The notes under the pieces are model-generated. The model saw only the letters and a program-made list of their open reading frames with translations. It was not told the DNA's origin and did not search any database. The translations under genes were made by a program, and so were the position numbers. This document shows positions 33,295 through 42,153 of a stretch of 42,153 bases of DNA, piece by piece. Source of the DNA: Rhodoferax sp. (GTDB taxonomy: Bacteria; Pseudomonadota; Gammaproteobacteria; Burkholderiales; Burkholderiaceae_C); NCBI GenBank assembly GCA_031411175.1, contig JANOAP010000081.1, positions 1 to 42,153 of the forward strand, in the 5' to 3' direction. Numbering within the stretch: position 1 is the stretch's first letter; each line of letters begins with the position of its first letter.

Positions 33295-35589
33295 ATGTCC
33301 GTTGTCGATCAGCTGAAAAATCTGTTTTCAAAGAAGGCGCCAGATTCCGAGCAGGATTCCCGGTTAAGCCTGGCCATGCCCGACATGAGTTTTGATCCCG
33401 CAAGTTCAGACGTGACGGTGGGCCGGTCAATTCATTCGCCGCTGGGCGGTCAACAGAGCGTTCACGGCAGCATTCAAGGTGGCTTGCATGGCACAACGAG
33501 TGGTGCTGAGCGCGGAGCCCAGGACTTGGTGTCGCTGCCTGTTTTGGGCAACCGCACGGTGGCGCAGCACCAGACCATATTGCTCGTCCTTCTGGGCGTT
33601 GCGATGCTGGTACTGGTGGTCGTTGCCATCTATGCCTTGAACCAGGCCGACAAGGTGGCTCAGCAGCTGAGTGCGACTGGTCAGTCGCTCATGCAATCCC
33701 AGCGGTTGGCAAAATCCGTGTCGCAGGCGCTGGTGGGTGGTGAGAAAGCGTTTCCGGACGTGGCAGAAAGTGCCGGGGTGCTCTCTAAAACATTGCGGGG
33801 CCTGAAGTCAGGCGACGATCAGCTGAAGGTAGCAGCGCTTGGGTCGGATTTTGATCCTGAGCTTGACAAGGTCATGCCACTGATGGAGCGGGCTGCAAAG
33901 AACGCGGCGACGGTGATGAGCCAACAGAAAATCCTCACCCAGATCAATGCTGCCTTGCGTCTCATTAACCGGCAATCATCCGATTTGCTGGAAATCGCCG
34001 AGTCCATTTCCTCATTGAAGCTGCAGCAAAACGCGGGTGCCACCGAAATCTCGGCTGCGGGCCAGTTGGTGATGCTGACCCAGCGCATTGGCAAGTCGTC
34101 CAACGAGTTCCTGACGTCGGAGGGCGTTGGTGCCGAAGCAGTTTTTCTGTTGGGCAAGGACCTGAATTCCTTCAAGGAAATTTCACAGGGGTTATTGCAG
34201 GGAAGCTCCGAGTTGCGGCTTCAGTCTGCGAAAGACCCCCAGACGCGGGAACAACTGAACGCCTTGATCAAGCTCTACGAGCAGACACGGGTCCAGGCCG
34301 GAGCGATTTTGGGCAATTTGCAGGGCCTGGTATCAGCCCGTGAGGCACAGTCCTCCATTCTGGCTGACAGTGAGCCTATGCGCAAGAACCTGGAGGAGTT
34401 GCAGGGCAAGCTGTCAGGGCGCGCCGGTCTGGGTGTTGGTTCGCTGCTGGTTTTGTTTGCCGCTGCCCTGCTGGTGGTGCTGTTTGCCGGTGGTTTGTCT
34501 TATGTGCGCTTGTTGGACAGCCGCGGACGCCAGACGGTTGCCGAAAACCAGCGCCTGGATGCCGAGCGGCAGGAGCAAGAAGCCAAACGGGTCAACGACG
34601 CCAATCAGGCAGCCATTTTGCGTTTGATGAATGAGTTGCAGTCGGTCGCTGAGGGCGATTTGACCCAGGAAGCGACGGTGACGGAAGACATCACGGGTGC
34701 TATCGCCGATTCAGTCAACTACACCGTGGAAGAGCTGCGGTCTTTGGTGGCCAACGTTCAAAACACGGCCGCGCGCGTGGCACAGACGACCGCCGATGTC
34801 GACTTGACATCGACCGAGCTGCTGGCAGCGTCGAATGAGCAGTTGCATGAAATTCGTGAAACAGGGCGATCTGTAGTGGATATGGCGGGCCGCATCAATG
34901 AAGTCTCAACGCAAGCCCAGGAGTCCGCTGCAGTCGCGCGCCAGTCGCTGCAAGCAGCAGAGACAGGTTTGCAGGCTGTGCAAAACGCTATCGGAGGCAT
35001 GAACTCCATTCGGGACCAGATTCAGGAAACTTCCAAGCGCATCAAGCGGCTGGGTGAGTCGTCGCAAGAGATTGGCGAAATCACCGAACTGATTTCGGAT
35101 ATTACCGAGCAGACCAATGTACTGGCTCTCAATGCCGCCATCCAGGCCGCCTCGGCGGGTGAAGCGGGACGTGGCTTTTCGGTGGTTGCAGAAGAAGTTC
35201 AGCGTCTCGCAGAGCGGTCTGCCGACGCCACACGCCAGATTTCGGCGCTGGTGAAGGCCATTCAAACCGATACGCAGGACGCAGTGGCCGCCATGGAGCG
35301 CTCTACCCAGGGGGTGGTTGAAGGTGCCAAGCTGTCTGATAACGCAGGTACCGCCTTGACCGAGATTGACCAGGTGTCTCGCAGGCTGTCAGAGCTGATT
35401 CAGCACATTTCAAACTCGACATCCCGTGAGGCGAATTTGGCCAATGTGGTGGCCGAGAATATCCAGCATATTTTTGCTGTGACTGAGCAAACGGGAGCCG
35501 GGACAAAGTCGACGGCCTCCCAGGTTCGTGAATTGTCCCGAATGGCGGAAGAACTGCGCCAATCCGTGTCGCGATTCAAGATCGCCTGA
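33295..35589 (+). CDS. pilJ: Methyl-accepting chemotaxis protein PilJ (twitching-motility chemoreceptor)
   Basis: GAAGG lies 7 nt before the ATG. TM1 is at ~res 95-117, followed by a periplasmic domain, TM2 ([18 protein letters not shown]) and an MCP signalling hairpin [38 protein letters not shown]. The N-terminal extension could shorten if TTG 33526 or GTG 33529 is the true start. Confidence 0.88.
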   Translation: MSVVDQLKNLFSKKAPDSEQDSRLSLAMPDMSFDPASSDVTVGRSIHSPLGGQQSVHGSIQGGLHGTTSGAERGAQDLVSLPVLGNRTVAQHQTILLVLLGVAMLVLVVVAIYALNQADKVAQQLSATGQSLMQSQRLAKSVSQALVGGEKAFPDVAESAGVLSKTLRGLKSGDDQLKVAALGSDFDPELDKVMPLMERAAKNAATVMSQQKILTQINAALRLINRQSSDLLEIAESISSLKLQQNAGATEISAAGQLVMLTQRIGKSSNEFLTSEGVGAEAVFLLGKDLNSFKEISQGLLQGSSELRLQSAKDPQTREQLNALIKLYEQTRVQAGAILGNLQGLVSAREAQSSILADSEPMRKNLEELQGKLSGRAGLGVGSLLVLFAAALLVVLFAGGLSYVRLLDSRGRQTVAENQRLDAERQEQEAKRVNDANQAAILRLMNELQSVAEGDLTQEATVTEDITGAIADSVNYTVEELRSLVANVQNTAARVAQTTADVDLTSTELLAASNEQLHEIRETGRSVVDMAGRINEVSTQAQESAAVARQSLQAAETGLQAVQNAIGGMNSIRDQIQETSKRIKRLGESSQEIGEITELISDITEQTNVLALNAAIQAASAGEAGRGFSVVAEEVQRLAERSADATRQISALVKAIQTDTQDAVAAMERSTQGVVEGAKLSDNAGTALTEIDQVSRRLSELIQHISNSTSREANLANVVAENIQHIFAVTEQTGAGTKSTASQVRELSRMAEELRQSVSRFKIA

Positions 35590-35626
35590 CTCGTTTTCAA
35601 TGTCATTCGCAGGAGTGCACGAATCC

Positions 35627-38600
35627 ATGCAAACGAACGAAGCTACCGCGGTCGACAATGAAATGACAGACAACGATCTGGGCCCACTGGCCTGGGTTCT
35701 TGACGAGCTGAAAAAATCGCTGGATGGTGCCTCCAAAGCCATGCGCCGGTTCGTGCGCGACGCAGAATTGGCACGCGGCTCGGATCTGGCAGAGCTGGAC
35801 GCGAGTCAGCTCCGCATTGCGCGTCAACAACTGCACCAGGCGGTGGGTGCGCTGGAGATGGTCGGGTTTACAGCCCCTGCCAAGGTGTTGCGCGCCATGG
35901 AGGCTGTGGCGCAAAAGTTTGTCCAGCGCCCCGAGTTGTGCAGCGACGATGCCGCGAATAAAGTGGAGCGTGCCAGTTTTGCGCTGACCGAATACCTCGA
36001 AGGCGTCCTCAAAGGCAAGACGGCCTCGCCGGTTGCGCTGTTTCCCCAGTACCGTGACGTGGTCGAACTGGTGGGCGGAGAACGTGTCCATCCTGCGGAC
36101 CTCTGGCCGATTGAGTGGTCGTGGATTGATGCTGTCATTCCGTTTGCCCTAGCACCTGCGGGCTACGATCCCAAAGTACGCAGCCAGTTCGACCAGTCGG
36201 TTCTCAGGGTGGTCAAAACGGGCGATGCGACTGCGGCCATGTCATTGCGCGATTTGTCTCTGGCATTGGCGGCCGGACAATCGGCCCTGGAGCCGCGTGT
36301 ATTCTGGAAAATATGTGCCGCCTTCTTTGAGGCGACGGCGAGGGGGCTGTGCCCGGCCGACGTTTATGCCAAGCGGGCTGCATCCCGTCTGCTTCTCCAA
36401 TACACCACCCTGGCCAAGGGCGACCAAAGCGTATCGGATCGGTTGGCGCAGGACCTGCTTTTCTTTTGTGCCCAGGCTGTGCCATTGCATGACGCTGAAG
36501 CACCCGTGCTGGTCGCAGTACGACACGCCTACGGCTTGACCCGTACGAAACCATTCGACTACGAAACACCCCAGTTCGGCCGTTTCGACCCCGCCGTGCT
36601 GGTTCAGGCCCGCAAGCGTATTTCTACGGCTACGGAAACCTGGTCTGCCCTGGCGGGTGGCGATACCAACCGCATTAGACAGGCTTCCGACCAGTTTGCG
36701 GCCGTGGCCGAGTCCATTCTGAAACTGCATCCAGAGAGCGGAGATCTTGCGCGGGCCTTGACGCGGGCCGTTGACCTGGCCGTTCGTTCTGGTGAACCGC
36801 CCTCAACACCCGTAGCCATGGAAGTGGCGACATCGATTCTGTACCTCGAAGCCGCCTACGAAGACCTGGACCCCACGGAATCGCATATGGCCGACAAAAG
36901 CAGGCGTCTGGCGCTGCGTCTGGAGCATGTCAGTGCTGGCGGGCAGTCTGAGCCGCTTGAAGGATGGATGGAGGACTTGTACCGTCGGGTGAGTGATCGT
37001 CAAACCATGGGAAGCGTGGTCGATGAATTGCGTACCTCGCTGGGTGAAATCGAGAAATCGCTGGACCAGTTTTTCCGCAATCCTCAAGACAAGCTGCCGT
37101 TGCACGAAGTGCCCAGCCAGCTCGCGCAGATGCGCGGCGTGTTTTCAGTGCTGGGTCTGGATCAGGCGTCACTCGCCACGTTGCGCATGCGTGACAGCGT
37201 TGAGAAAATTCTCGTTGACGACATCGTCGAAGGACCGGCGCGCACCACCACATTTGAAAAAATCGGAAGCAGCCTGGGCGCATTGGGCTTCCTCATCGAC
37301 ATGTTGAGCTACCAGCGTTCCATGGCGAAGAAACTGTTTGTCTACGACGAGGCCGAAGGCGAATTCAAACCCGTCATGGGGCGCGAAAAGGCGGTTGTTG
37401 CGCCGTCGGCCGTACCCGTTGCACCTATTCAGGCGTCACCTGCGGCCCCAGCATCGGTCGTCACAGAGATCCCGCATCCTGCTTCGCCCGTCGCACCCCC
37501 AAGCGGGGAAGTTAACGCGGAAGTTCTGCCGACGCTTGTGGCACAAGCTGCCAGCCTTGCACTTGAGGTACCGGCGCAGATACCCCTGCCGGTCGTGACT
37601 GAACCCGCTTTGGCAATGCCCGCGGCGGCGGTTGCGCTCGCAGCCGCCAAGCTTGCAGTACCAGAGCCTCTCGATGACGATGAAGCCGAGATTCGCGATA
37701 TCTTTCTGGAAGAAGCCCGCGAAGTTGTCCAGAATGGCCTTCTGGCGGTCAAGGCACTGCAGGCCAACCCGGTCAATCTGGGCGAGCAGACCACCTTGCG
37801 CCGCGCCTTTCACACGCTCAAGGGCAGCTCCCGGATGGTGGGCCTCAATGAGTTTGGCGAAGCTGCATGGGCTATGGAGCAGTTGCTCAACAGCTGGCTG
37901 GCGGAACAGAAGCCTGCCAGTGAGGATCTGATCAGCCTGTCCGGCAGGGCCATGAGCGGATTTGGTGGCTGGGTTGAAGATATTGCAGCGCGTACTGATT
38001 CCGCATGGAGCGCGCAGCCGTTTTGCCAGTGCGCCGATGCGTTACGGCTGGATAAAAAGCTCACGGTTCTGCGGTTCCCCGGATTACCCGACGCTGGTGA
38101 AGCGACCCCGATGCCCGTTGTGGCTGACCCTGCACCAATCGTTTTGGTGCCGGTCGACCTTATTGGGACGCTGGCTGATTCGGGTGCAAGTGAGCTGACC
38201 GATTCCAAAGCCGTGGATCACGAAGAATTCGCCCCGACCCAGACGTTTGATCCGCAGGCGACCCAGGTTCTCAGCGTTTCGGCAACCGACAGCGTGGTTG
38301 CTGCGGTTGAAGACCTTTTGCCCCTGGGACTGGACGATATTGATTTTGGCACGGCGGCTCAACCTGAATTTGAGCCAACCGGTTTTGTCGACGCGGACGA
38401 AGTGGAAACCTCTCCAGCCCCGCTGGAGTTTGCGAGCTCTGCGGCGGTCGCATCTTCACCATGGGTGAATGAAGTTCCGGTTAGCACAGCCGTTGAGGAG
38501 GAGCTCGATGAACAGGTCAAGATCATCGGCTCGCTGCGAATTGGTATTCCGCTTTACAACGTTTACCTGAATGAAGCCGACGAATGGTCACGCCGGTTGC

Positions 38601-41530
38601 TGACCGAATTGAGCGAGTGGTCGCTTGAGCTCTATCGACCGCTATCCGACTCCACCGTTGCGCTCGCTCATTCGTTGTCGGGCAGTTCTGCAACCGTCGG
38701 ATTCTCCGCATTGTCAGACATTGCCCGGGCGCTGGAGCAGGCACTGCAGCATGTGCAGTTGCACAATCGCAGCGAACCCGAGCATGCCCAGGCATTCATG
38801 GACGGTGCGGAAGATATTCGGCGCTTGTTGCACCAATTTGCTGCGGGCTTTCTGAAAGAGCCCGACGCTCGGATACTCGAGGCTCTCAGGGAGATTCTGG
38901 AGACTGAATTCGCAGCCAGTATGGCTGGAGCGCTGGACGATCTCGACTTTTCCCAAGCTGAAAAGTGGATGCCAGCCGAGGAGATTGAGCCGGAATCTGC
39001 AAAGCCTGACGACGCCCGCGTCGCACTGCCCGCCGAAACCAGTCCGGTTGAGCCTTCGACCTTGAGCCACGACGCAGTGCCGTTGTTGCCCATGGCGGTG
39101 GCCGCGGCAGCGGCTGTCACATTGCCCGCCGCAGGTCTCAATCTTGCTCCTGTGGCCGCGCTGGCTGACGACCATGATGACGATATCGATCTGATTGATG
39201 CGCTTGATGCAGATCTTTTCCCCATCTTCGAAGAGGAAGCGCTGGAGCTGCTTCCCCAGCTCGGTGGGGCATTGCGGCAGTGGTCTGCGCGTCCCGACAA
39301 TCTGGGGGCGCGCAACGAGGTGCTTCGCGTCCTGCACACCCTCAAGGGCAGCGCCCGCTTGGCCGGTGCGTTGCGGCTCGGTGAAATGACCCATCGTATG
39401 GAGTCGGTCATTGAGCAACTGGGCAAAGAAGATATTGAGACGTCCCAACTTGAACCTCTGTTGACCCGGTTTGATGCCATTCAGGAGAATTTTGATGCGT
39501 TGCGTGCAGGGCCTGAGCAGGCCATGGTGCTGCCAGAAGAGGCCAAAAAATTGGCGGGTGCCGAGTCGCAGCCACCCGCGAGTGCTGTTGCTGTGGCTGG
39601 CGCAGTCAGTCCGCAACGCCTGGCGCCACCCTCTGCGGCGCTTGCGCCATTGCGCCAGATTGCCAATCAGTCGGTGCGCGTGCGCTCCCAGTTGCTTGAT
39701 CGCTTGGTGAATCAGGCGGGTGAGGTCATGATCACGCGCTCACGGCTGGAGTCGAGGCTGGGCCAGTTGCGCGGCTCGTTGATTGACCTCTCTGGCAATC
39801 TGGACCGTTTGCGCCACCAGTTGCGCGACATTGAGGTGCAGGCCGAGTCGCAAATGCAGTCGCGAATGGCATTGGCCAAAGACATTGCGCAGGAATTTGA
39901 CCCGCTGGAGTTTGACCGTTTCACCCGGGTTCAGGAGTTGACCCGCATGATGGCTGAGTCTGTCAACGATGTGGCCACCATCCAGCGCAACCTGCAGCGC
40001 ACAGTCGAAGGGACTGAAGACGATCTGATCGCCCAGGGGCGTCAAGCCCGCGAATTGCAGCGCGACCTGCTGCGAACCCGCATGGTCGAATTTGAAGGAA
40101 TTTCTGAACGTCTGTATGGCGTGGTGCGGCAGGCCTCCAAAGATGCGGGCAAACAGGTCAAGCTTGACATCACGGGCGGCTCCATGGACATGGACCGTGG
40201 CGTGCTGGAGCGCATGGCTCCGGCGTTCGAACACATTTTGCGCAATTCGGTGGCCCATGGCATTGAGGATCCGGCCGGGCGTGTCCAGGCGGGCAAGTCG
40301 GCTGCAGGCTTGATCACCATCGATTTGCAGCACCAGAACAACGAAGTGTCAGTTGAGTTTCACGACGACGGGGCAGGTCTGGACTTGCAACGCATTCGCG
40401 ACAAGGCGGTTGCTACCGGCGTTGCCGCCGGGGCGCACGCCATGTCGGACGCCGAAGCCGCCAATCTGATTTTCATGCCAGGGTTTACTACGGCCTCCAC
40501 AGTCACCGAACTCTCGGGGCGAGGTATTGGTATGGACGTGGTCAGGTCCGAGGTAAACGCTTTGGGTGGCCGCATTGAAACCAGCACGGAAAAGGGTGTA
40601 GGTACCCGGTTCAAGCTGATCCTTCCTTTGACCACGGCCGTCACGCATGTCGTGATGCTGAGATTAGGCGAACTGGTGATTGGTGTTCCTGCCAATGTGA
40701 TCGAGATTGTGAGGCGGGTACCTGCAGCTGAATTGGAGCTGGCGTACCAGTCCAGTGCATTGACCTACGACGGCGCCCAAATTCCGTTTTTCTGGGCCGG
40801 TGCGTTGCTGCAAGCCTCTGCGCACAGCAGTGAGCCCGTTGCCAAAAACCTGCCAGTTGCAGTTTTCAGAAGTGCGGGCCAGCGGGTTGCTGTTCACATT
40901 GACGAGGTATTGGGCAACCAGGAGGTTGTTATCAAAAACCTGGGGCCTCAGTTGTCCCGGTTGCCCGGCCTGACAGGCATGTCGGTTCTGGCTTCAGGTG
41001 TCGTGGTGCTGATCTACAACCCGGTTGCTCTTGCTGCAGTCTACGGCGACCAGGCCCGGGCATTGCACCGCAAGGCGATGGATGCATCTGCTGAAATCAG
41101 TGTTGCCAAAGGCGGCGTGCTCTTGCCGGCGCTCATGGCGGGCGTCACCCAGGTGCCTTTGGTGATGGTGGTAGACGATTCCATCACGGTGCGGCGCGTG
41201 ACCCAGCGTCTGCTCAAGCGTGAGGGGTACCGGGTTGTCATGGCGGCCGATGGGTTGCAGGCGCTGGAACGCCTGCAGGATGAGAAGCCGTCTGTTGTTC
41301 TGTCAGACATTGAAATGCCCCGCATGGATGGCTTTGACCTGGCACGCAATATCCGCGCTGACTCTGCCTTCAAGGATCTGCCTATCATCATGATCACGTC
41401 CCGGATTGCTGAAAAACACCGTGAGCATGCGCGCGAGCTGGGTGTGGACCACTACCTGGGCAAGCCCTATTCCGAGGACGAGCTGCTCGGTCTGGTGCGG
41501 CAATATTGCTCGGCCGGTGCTGAAGTCTAG
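35627..41530 (+). CDS. chpA: ChpA-type hybrid CheA histidine kinase: multiple Hpt domains, dimerisation/HATPase core, CheW-like domain and C-terminal receiver
   Basis: Start taken at the ATG at 35627 (AGGAG at 35611-35615); the ORF-track start at 35528 overlaps pilJ. Hpt motifs are LHQAVG (His codon 35834), FHTLKGSS (37811), AHSLSGSS (38669) and LHTLKGSA (39335). N box HILRNSVAHGIE, G1 DDGAGLD, G2 GRGIGMDVV. CheW-like VVMLRLGELVIGVP. REC VMVVDDSITVRR...LSDIEMPRMDG...KPY. Confidence 0.9.
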   Translation: MQTNEATAVDNEMTDNDLGPLAWVLDELKKSLDGASKAMRRFVRDAELARGSDLAELDASQLRIARQQLHQAVGALEMVGFTAPAKVLRAMEAVAQKFVQRPELCSDDAANKVERASFALTEYLEGVLKGKTASPVALFPQYRDVVELVGGERVHPADLWPIEWSWIDAVIPFALAPAGYDPKVRSQFDQSVLRVVKTGDATAAMSLRDLSLALAAGQSALEPRVFWKICAAFFEATARGLCPADVYAKRAASRLLLQYTTLAKGDQSVSDRLAQDLLFFCAQAVPLHDAEAPVLVAVRHAYGLTRTKPFDYETPQFGRFDPAVLVQARKRISTATETWSALAGGDTNRIRQASDQFAAVAESILKLHPESGDLARALTRAVDLAVRSGEPPSTPVAMEVATSILYLEAAYEDLDPTESHMADKSRRLALRLEHVSAGGQSEPLEGWMEDLYRRVSDRQTMGSVVDELRTSLGEIEKSLDQFFRNPQDKLPLHEVPSQLAQMRGVFSVLGLDQASLATLRMRDSVEKILVDDIVEGPARTTTFEKIGSSLGALGFLIDMLSYQRSMAKKLFVYDEAEGEFKPVMGREKAVVAPSAVPVAPIQASPAAPASVVTEIPHPASPVAPPSGEVNAEVLPTLVAQAASLALEVPAQIPLPVVTEPALAMPAAAVALAAAKLAVPEPLDDDEAEIRDIFLEEAREVVQNGLLAVKALQANPVNLGEQTTLRRAFHTLKGSSRMVGLNEFGEAAWAMEQLLNSWLAEQKPASEDLISLSGRAMSGFGGWVEDIAARTDSAWSAQPFCQCADALRLDKKLTVLRFPGLPDAGEATPMPVVADPAPIVLVPVDLIGTLADSGASELTDSKAVDHEEFAPTQTFDPQATQVLSVSATDSVVAAVEDLLPLGLDDIDFGTAAQPEFEPTGFVDADEVETSPAPLEFASSAAVASSPWVNEVPVSTAVEEELDEQVKIIGSLRIGIPLYNVYLNEADEWSRRLLTELSEWSLELYRPLSDSTVALAHSLSGSSATVGFSALSDIARALEQALQHVQLHNRSEPEHAQAFMDGAEDIRRLLHQFAAGFLKEPDARILEALREILETEFAASMAGALDDLDFSQAEKWMPAEEIEPESAKPDDARVALPAETSPVEPSTLSHDAVPLLPMAVAAAAAVTLPAAGLNLAPVAALADDHDDDIDLIDALDADLFPIFEEEALELLPQLGGALRQWSARPDNLGARNEVLRVLHTLKGSARLAGALRLGEMTHRMESVIEQLGKEDIETSQLEPLLTRFDAIQENFDALRAGPEQAMVLPEEAKKLAGAESQPPASAVAVAGAVSPQRLAPPSAALAPLRQIANQSVRVRSQLLDRLVNQAGEVMITRSRLESRLGQLRGSLIDLSGNLDRLRHQLRDIEVQAESQMQSRMALAKDIAQEFDPLEFDRFTRVQELTRMMAESVNDVATIQRNLQRTVEGTEDDLIAQGRQARELQRDLLRTRMVEFEGISERLYGVVRQASKDAGKQVKLDITGGSMDMDRGVLERMAPAFEHILRNSVAHGIEDPAGRVQAGKSAAGLITIDLQHQNNEVSVEFHDDGAGLDLQRIRDKAVATGVAAGAHAMSDAEAANLIFMPGFTTASTVTELSGRGIGMDVVRSEVNALGGRIETSTEKGVGTRFKLILPLTTAVTHVVMLRLGELVIGVPANVIEIVRRVPAAELELAYQSSALTYDGAQIPFFWAGALLQASAHSSEPVAKNLPVAVFRSAGQRVAVHIDEVLGNQEVVIKNLGPQLSRLPGLTGMSVLASGVVVLIYNPVALAAVYGDQARALHRKAMDASAEISVAKGGVLLPALMAGVTQVPLVMVVDDSITVRRVTQRLLKREGYRVVMAADGLQALERLQDEKPSVVLSDIEMPRMDGFDLARNIRADSAFKDLPIIMITSRIAEKHREHARELGVDHYLGKPYSEDELLGLVRQYCSAGAEV

Positions 41531-41537
41531 TCAGCGT

Positions 41538-42153
41538 TCAACCCGCCTTTTTGACCACCGCATAACGCTGCAACGTGCGCGCGCGGGCTTCGTCGTGGGC
41601 GACGACAGGCAACGGATAGTTGTGCCCCAGCACGACATCAGCCGCCGCAAGTTCAACGGGGCTGGCTTTCCAGGGCGAATGAATTGCGGATGGGCCCAGC
41701 TTGGCAAGTTGCGGCAGGTAGCGGCGGATGAATTTGCCTTGTGCATCAAATTTCTCGCTCTGGCTGACCGGGTTGAAGATCCTGAAATAGGGCTGGGCGT
41801 CGCAGCCCGATGAACTGGCCCACTGCCAGCCGCCGTTGTTGGCCGACAGGTCGTAGTCGTTCAACTGCATCGCGAAATAGCGCTCGCCCCGGCGCCAGTC
41901 CAGCCCCAGGTCCTTGCACAGGAAGCTGGCCACCACCATGCGAAGCCTGTTGTGCATGTAGCCGGTCTGGTTGATCTGGGCCATGGCCGCATCCACCAGC
42001 GGGTAGCCGGTGCGCCCCTCGCACCAGGCTTTGAAAAGCGTTTCGGCATGCTTGCCGTGGTCCCACTGAATGGCGTCATATTCGCGCTTGTAGGCTCCCA
42101 CGGCGACGTGCGGGAAGTTGGCCAGGATCTGAAAATAAAAGTCGCGCCAGATC
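41538..42153 (-). CDS. phrB: Deoxyribodipyrimidine photolyase, C-terminal FAD-binding domain; 5' end beyond the window
   Basis: The minus frame is open to the window edge (IWRDFYFQILANFPHVAVGAYKREYD...). Has TGYPLVDAAMAQINQTGYMHNRLRMVVASFLCKDL and NNGGWQWASSSGCDAQPYFRIFNP. The ORF-track start at 42101 is an internal GTG. Confidence 0.9.
   Translation of the reverse strand, partial: IWRDFYFQILANFPHVAVGAYKREYDAIQWDHGKHAETLFKAWCEGRTGYPLVDAAMAQINQTGYMHNRLRMVVASFLCKDLGLDWRRGERYFAMQLNDYDLSANNGGWQWASSSGCDAQPYFRIFNPVSQSEKFDAQGKFIRRYLPQLAKLGPSAIHSPWKASPVELAAADVVLGHNYPLPVVAHDEARARTLQRYAVVKKAG

Noticed and set aside
1-42153. Scanned for CRISPR arrays, IS elements or terminal inverted repeats, phage or defence-system genes, rRNA, and long (over 30 nt) dispersed repeats.
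   Set aside because: I saw none. Every ORF over 100 aa that is not antisense noise belongs to a metabolic, housekeeping or Pil-Chp family, and the only repeats are the short elements listed under findings.

Overview
This looks like a high-GC proteobacterial chromosomal segment. By gene content and synteny it is probably a betaproteobacterium of the Comamonadaceae type, which is an inference. It is almost fully coding, with 37 protein genes and one tRNA. I found no transposase, integrase, CRISPR array or phage genes.

Gene order:
- ffh (5' end cut by the window edge), facing a minus-strand run: secreted hypothetical, then miaB, then a TPR/GT41 (O-GlcNAc-transferase/SPINDLY-like) glycosyltransferase.
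- A 9.3 kb plus-strand acyl-CoA catabolic cluster (5074-14409): LCAD-type acyl-CoA dehydrogenase, MFE-2/Hsd4A-type SDR, DUF35 zinc-ribbon/OB protein, a Cys-less thiolase-fold protein, a second acyl-CoA dehydrogenase, a family III CoA-transferase and three Bug/TctC solute-binding proteins.
- An SRPBCC protein, then tRNA(CAU) with its own terminator.
- A partial phenylacetate module: crotonase, divergent from paaG-paaI-paaK, with a PaaR-like palindrome between them.
- M61 peptidase, DsbC-like protein, UbiH-family monooxygenase, MOSC protein, ychF, a yqaA-like gene, dusB-fis-purH, a glycine-zipper protein, hemL and a ThiD/ribokinase-like kinase.
- Rubredoxin followed by a compact Pil-Chp twitching chemosensory cluster (pilG-pilH-pilI-pilJ-chpA).
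- The 3' end of a photolyase gene, whose 5' end runs off the window.

The most unusual item is the DUF35 plus Cys-less thiolase-fold pair (7173-8785). It looks like an Ltp2-type retro-aldolase inside an orphan CoA-dependent pathway with no recognisable substrate, regulator, hydratase or membrane transporter. Secondary points are the TPR/GT41 protein next to miaB, the reduced Pil-Chp system (no pilK or chpB, rubredoxin upstream, long PilJ N-terminus, mixed Hpt content in ChpA) and a divergent ThiD-like kinase. Every call comes from reading the translations and the DNA by eye; no database search was possible.
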